The notes beneath the pieces are model-generated. The model saw only the letters and a program-made list of their open reading frames with translations. It did not search any database and had not been told where the DNA came from. Made by a program: the position numbers and the translations under genes. Positions 61,189 through 64,000 of a stretch of DNA of 64,000 bases are shown one piece after another. This stretch comes from Desulfovibrio sp. (GTDB lineage Bacteria; Bacillota; Dethiobacteria; DTU022): contig JAGUZX010000135.1 of assembly GCA_020060545.1 (NCBI GenBank), forward strand, positions 4,734 to 68,733, written 5' to 3'. Position 1 is the stretch's first letter. Each line of letters begins with the position of its first letter.

Positions 61189-62546
61189 TTGATTAGCTCC
61201 TCCTTGAACCCGGGGGCCGGCGCAAGCGACAGCTTGCGGACTGCTTCAACCAGTTCCCGGGGGCCGGAAACGGCCCGCAAGCGCACCTTCAGCGAGCGCT
61301 CGAGCTGCGCTGTAGTGCCGCCGTCCAGGAACAGGCCGCTCCCTTCCTTCAACAGCGAGCGTGAAATAAAAAGGGCTTCTCCCAGATCGCAATCTTTCAA
61401 CCCCGCTTCCAGGTCGGAGGCCGTCAGCAATCCGGCCACGGTAACGGGGCTTCCAAAAAAGCGGTTTTCCACGACCGCCAGGGCCGGGAAGAGGTTGCCG
61501 GCCGCCCGCAGGCGCCGCACCGCCTCCTCCAGCAGCGGCGCGGCCTCTTTTCCCGTAGCCAGAGTCACCTTTACCGGGCGGGGCAGCTTTTCCAGGGGCG
61601 GATCCCCAAGGCGATCAAGCTCATCCAGGAAGAGACGGGCCAGGCCGACCCCGTTTTCCAGTTGGGGAAAGCCTTCATACGCTTCCGCGGGAGGATAAGG
61701 CCTCCCGGCCAGGCGATAAAACTCGTCGGCCAGGAAAACAAGGCGGGATCCCCTGGCGGCGAGAAAAAACCGCTGCCAGCGTGACGCTTCCTCAACCAGC
61801 GCTCTGGCCTCGGCGGCTTCGAAGCGGCGTAAAGCTACGCCCGCTTCAGGCCGGTGCGCGGTCAAGCCGACCGGCACCAGGGCAATGCTGGCGGCGCCGC
61901 GCCCCAGCCGGGCCAACTCCTTCACCGTGTCGCGCAGTGCGGCTCCTGTGTTCAACCCGGGGCACAGCACAATCTGCAGGTGGACTCTTATGCCGCCGCG
62001 CACCAGGCGGCGCAAGTTTTCCAAGCCCCGCCCGGCACGCGCGGATCCGAAAAGGAGGCGCCGCAGCGCGGGATCGGCCGCGTGGACGGAGATATAGAGC
62101 GGGCTCAGCTGGAGCTTGATTATCCGGGTCAGATCGCCCGGCCGCAGGTTGTTCAGGGTGATAAAGTTTCCGAAGAGGAACGAGAGGCGGTAGTCATCGT
62201 CTTTCAGGTAAAGCGAGGGGCGGAGGCCGGGGGGGTTCTGGTCGACAAAGCAGAACAGGCAGCGGTTGCCGCAGCGGTGCAGCGGGGCCATCGTCGGGGG
62301 GTTGAAGCGCAGCCCCAGGGGGCTGCCCGCCGGCTTTTCCACCCGGACGCGCCGCAGGCGCCCCTGCGGCGCCAGCAGCAGGAGGCCGACCGTATGGTCC
62401 GCCTCATTGATTTGATAATCGATAATATCCCTGACCGGACGGTTGTCCATCCGGAGCAGCCTTTCCCCGGGCACAATCCCGGCGGCGGCGGCGGGCGAGC
62501 CCGGGACAACGCTCTCAATCAGGTACCCCTGTTCTGCCTGCATCAA
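61185..62546 (-). CDS. DUF512-family protein (PDZ domain plus radical-SAM-like Fe-S domain) conserved upstream of der
   Basis: N-terminal PDZ (PGSPAAAAGIVPGERLL), CxxxCxxC-like (CGNRCLFC). 4-bp overlap with der. Confidence 0.7.
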   Translation of the reverse strand: MMQAEQGYLIESVVPGSPAAAAGIVPGERLLRMDNRPVRDIIDYQINEADHTVGLLLLAPQGRLRRVRVEKPAGSPLGLRFNPPTMAPLHRCGNRCLFCFVDQNPPGLRPSLYLKDDDYRLSFLFGNFITLNNLRPGDLTRIIKLQLSPLYISVHAADPALRRLLFGSARAGRGLENLRRLVRGGIRVHLQIVLCPGLNTGAALRDTVKELARLGRGAASIALVPVGLTAHRPEAGVALRRFEAAEARALVEEASRWQRFFLAARGSRLVFLADEFYRLAGRPYPPAEAYEGFPQLENGVGLARLFLDELDRLGDPPLEKLPRPVKVTLATGKEAAPLLEEAVRRLRAAGNLFPALAVVENRFFGSPVTVAGLLTASDLEAGLKDCDLGEALFISRSLLKEGSGLFLDGGTTAQLERSLKVRLRAVSGPRELVEAVRKLSLAPAPGFKEELIK

Positions 62547-62662
62547 TTTACCCTACCCTCTGGCTTTACAAATTGTTTCCTCTCATTATCCCAGATCCGC
62601 CGGCCCGCTGTCAATATTATGGTAACAAAATATGCCAGAAAGTCCGCGCCGTTTTTTCAGGA

Positions 62663-63130
62663 TCACTTCAGCAAAAAAAAAGAGGGATCTTGCTCGAAAG
62701 TTTCAACCAGCTGCAGCAGCAGGGGAAAGCTTCTTTTAACCCCCAGGCTGACCAGGGGACGGCCAAAACGGGGCAGGCCGAGGCGGCGGGAGAGGATGCC
62801 GCCTAAGCGCGTCAGTGGAGTCACATACTTGAGGCACTCCACCACAGCCACCGGCTGGGGGAAATCGATTACGGCGAGAAAAGAGGCGATCAGCTGCCTT
62901 ATTTCATCACCCCAGCCGGCGCTGCCCAGGGCGAATACCAGGTTGCCCTCCTGATCCTTGCCGATAAAATGCAGATTCCCCATCTGGCCGTGGCCGAGGC
63001 GGTCGAAATAGGGCAGGGCGGCCAGGTCGCGCACCCGCGGGGGCCGGCCGCGCGGCAGCGCTCTGGTATAGACGGAGGCCGCGACAACCGAGGTATGGGT
63101 CCCGCCGTAGCATTGAAAAATAACGATCAT
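62663..63130 (-). CDS. DUF3189-family protein (copy 1)
   Basis: 155 aa. N-terminal IVIFQCYGGTHTS motif. Confidence 0.5.
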   Translation of the reverse strand: MIVIFQCYGGTHTSVVAASVYTRALPRGRPPRVRDLAALPYFDRLGHGQMGNLHFIGKDQEGNLVFALGSAGWGDEIRQLIASFLAVIDFPQPVAVVECLKYVTPLTRLGGILSRRLGLPRFGRPLVSLGVKRSFPLLLQLVETFEQDPSFFLLK

Positions 63131-63579
63131 ACCCGCGCTTCGCGCAAAGCGAGCTGCAGCCGGACCTGGCCGACCACGGCGGTGATTTCAGGCCACAGCG
63201 TGCCGGCCTCTATTTCGCGGCGCGGCCGCCGGAAACCGGGCAACGGCGCAACCAGCAGCCTGTTTGTCCCGCCCCGGGGAAAAAGGTGATCGACCGCCAT
63301 CAGCGTCCGTTCCACCAGGCCCGGAGCGGCATTTGCCGTGGCCACAAAAAGAATGTAACCGCCTTCCAGGCGGCTGAACGGTTTCAGCATAACGCTTGCT
63401 TCCTCCGGTAAATGAGTGGTTTTCCACACCGCGGCGCAACGCAAACCCTGCTCGAGAGAGATTTCGGGATCGCGGTGCAAGGCGGCGGCGAGCAGGGCCG
63501 GGACAACACTGCCCCTGCTGTAGTAAACTACAATCAGCTCAGTGTTTGACCAGGATATAGACGCCGTTTTCGAGGTCAT
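63127..63579 (-). CDS. DUF3189-family protein (copy 2, tandem paralogue)
   Basis: Same family pattern (LIVVYYSRGS...). 4-bp overlap with copy 1. Start set at MTSKTASISW. Confidence 0.45.
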   Translation of the reverse strand: MTSKTASISWSNTELIVVYYSRGSVVPALLAAALHRDPEISLEQGLRCAAVWKTTHLPEEASVMLKPFSRLEGGYILFVATANAAPGLVERTLMAVDHLFPRGGTNRLLVAPLPGFRRPRREIEAGTLWPEITAVVGQVRLQLALREARV

Positions 63580-63751
63580 GGACAACTCCTTCGGTGATCC
63601 GGGCCAGGTAAGTGGCGATGCGATCCTGCTCAATCCGGTCGCGGGCGATAAATACCGGCGCGCCGCCGCCCCTGACCAGTTCTGGATCCTGCAGGATCAC
63701 CGCCAGGATTAACTTTTTAATCGAAGTATCCACTTTCCCGCCAACCTCCAT
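63539..63751 (-). CDS. Small hypothetical protein (70 aa)
   Basis: Intact ORF in operonic position upstream of the DUF3189 pair. Not confidently recognised. Confidence 0.3.
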   Translation of the reverse strand: MEVGGKVDTSIKKLILAVILQDPELVRGGGAPVFIARDRIEQDRIATYLARITEGVVHDLENGVYILVKH

Positions 63752-63758
63752 TGACCGA

Positions 63759-64000
63759 TCAATCGGCCGCCCCGTGCCCGGCCCTGGACTGCAAAGGGCG
63801 GGAGAGCGAACTTTCCAGCACCGGGACCTGCCTTACCGCCGTGAGCAGGCATTCCAGATCCGTTTCCAAGGGTAAAATGATCATGGCGATCCGCCCCGTG
63901 TCCAGATCCCGCCTTAATACCGGGGTAAATTCTGCCGTATCCACGTCTTTATAGATACCCAGCTGGGTCACCGCGTCATGCGCGATCGCCATGCGCTGTC
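63759..64000 (-). CDS. Hypothetical protein, C-terminal part (5' end beyond window)
   Basis: Open frame running to the window edge. Not recognised. Confidence 0.25.
   Translation of the reverse strand, partial: QRMAIAHDAVTQLGIYKDVDTAEFTPVLRRDLDTGRIAMIILPLETDLECLLTAVRQVPVLESSLSRPLQSRAGHGAAD

Overview
This 64-kb window reads as chromosomal core DNA of a high-GC, endospore-forming Firmicute (Clostridia; Peptococcaceae/Desulfotomaculum-like gene content). Genes are densely packed on both strands. I called about 62 protein genes (including 3 probable pseudogenes or remnants) plus 2 tRNAs (Leu-CAG, Pro-GGG). I found no CRISPR array, IS element, integrase or prophage gene.

Recognisable blocks:
- dinB–yolD, fxsA, a GerMN protein, ltaE, and an argF–P-loop (cPGS-like) operon.
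- A processive GT2 glycosyltransferase with an OmpR-type two-component system.
- An SPFH–NfeD pair with a divergent Rrf2 regulator.
- A Zn-ribbon/4Fe-4S operon.
- ndk–speE–speH.
- A fused ADP-forming acyl-CoA synthetase followed by a stand-alone DRTGG (Pta N-terminal-like) protein.
- c-di-GMP enzymes (GGDEF; PAS-GGDEF-HD-GYP), a SleL/YaaH-like GH18 spore hydrolase, and a hybrid histidine kinase.
- A complete phoP–phoR–pstSCAB–phoU locus with four 11-bp-phased Pho boxes.
- A VWA/MoxR pair, a tdh–kbl operon, tex, and spoIVA with a sigma-E-type promoter.
- The conserved DUF512–der–plsY–gpsA block.

I do not see a clear-cut novel defence or mobile system. The observations most worth follow-up are:
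1. An alpha-oxoamine-synthase (SPT/BioF-like) gene interrupted by an in-frame TAG, next to an SDR and an acyl-CoA ligase, inside an apparently lower-GC 13-kb patch.
2. A perfect 23-bp inverted repeat bracketing 97 bp immediately upstream of the tex RBS.
3. The ACD–DRTGG and argF–P-loop gene linkages.
4. An Rrf2 operator palindrome whose half-site recurs upstream of a Zn-ribbon gene that lacks a canonical start codon behind a G8 tract.
5. A decayed patch (gene remnant, VWA, MoxR, truncated AAA ATPase) abutting tRNA-Pro.
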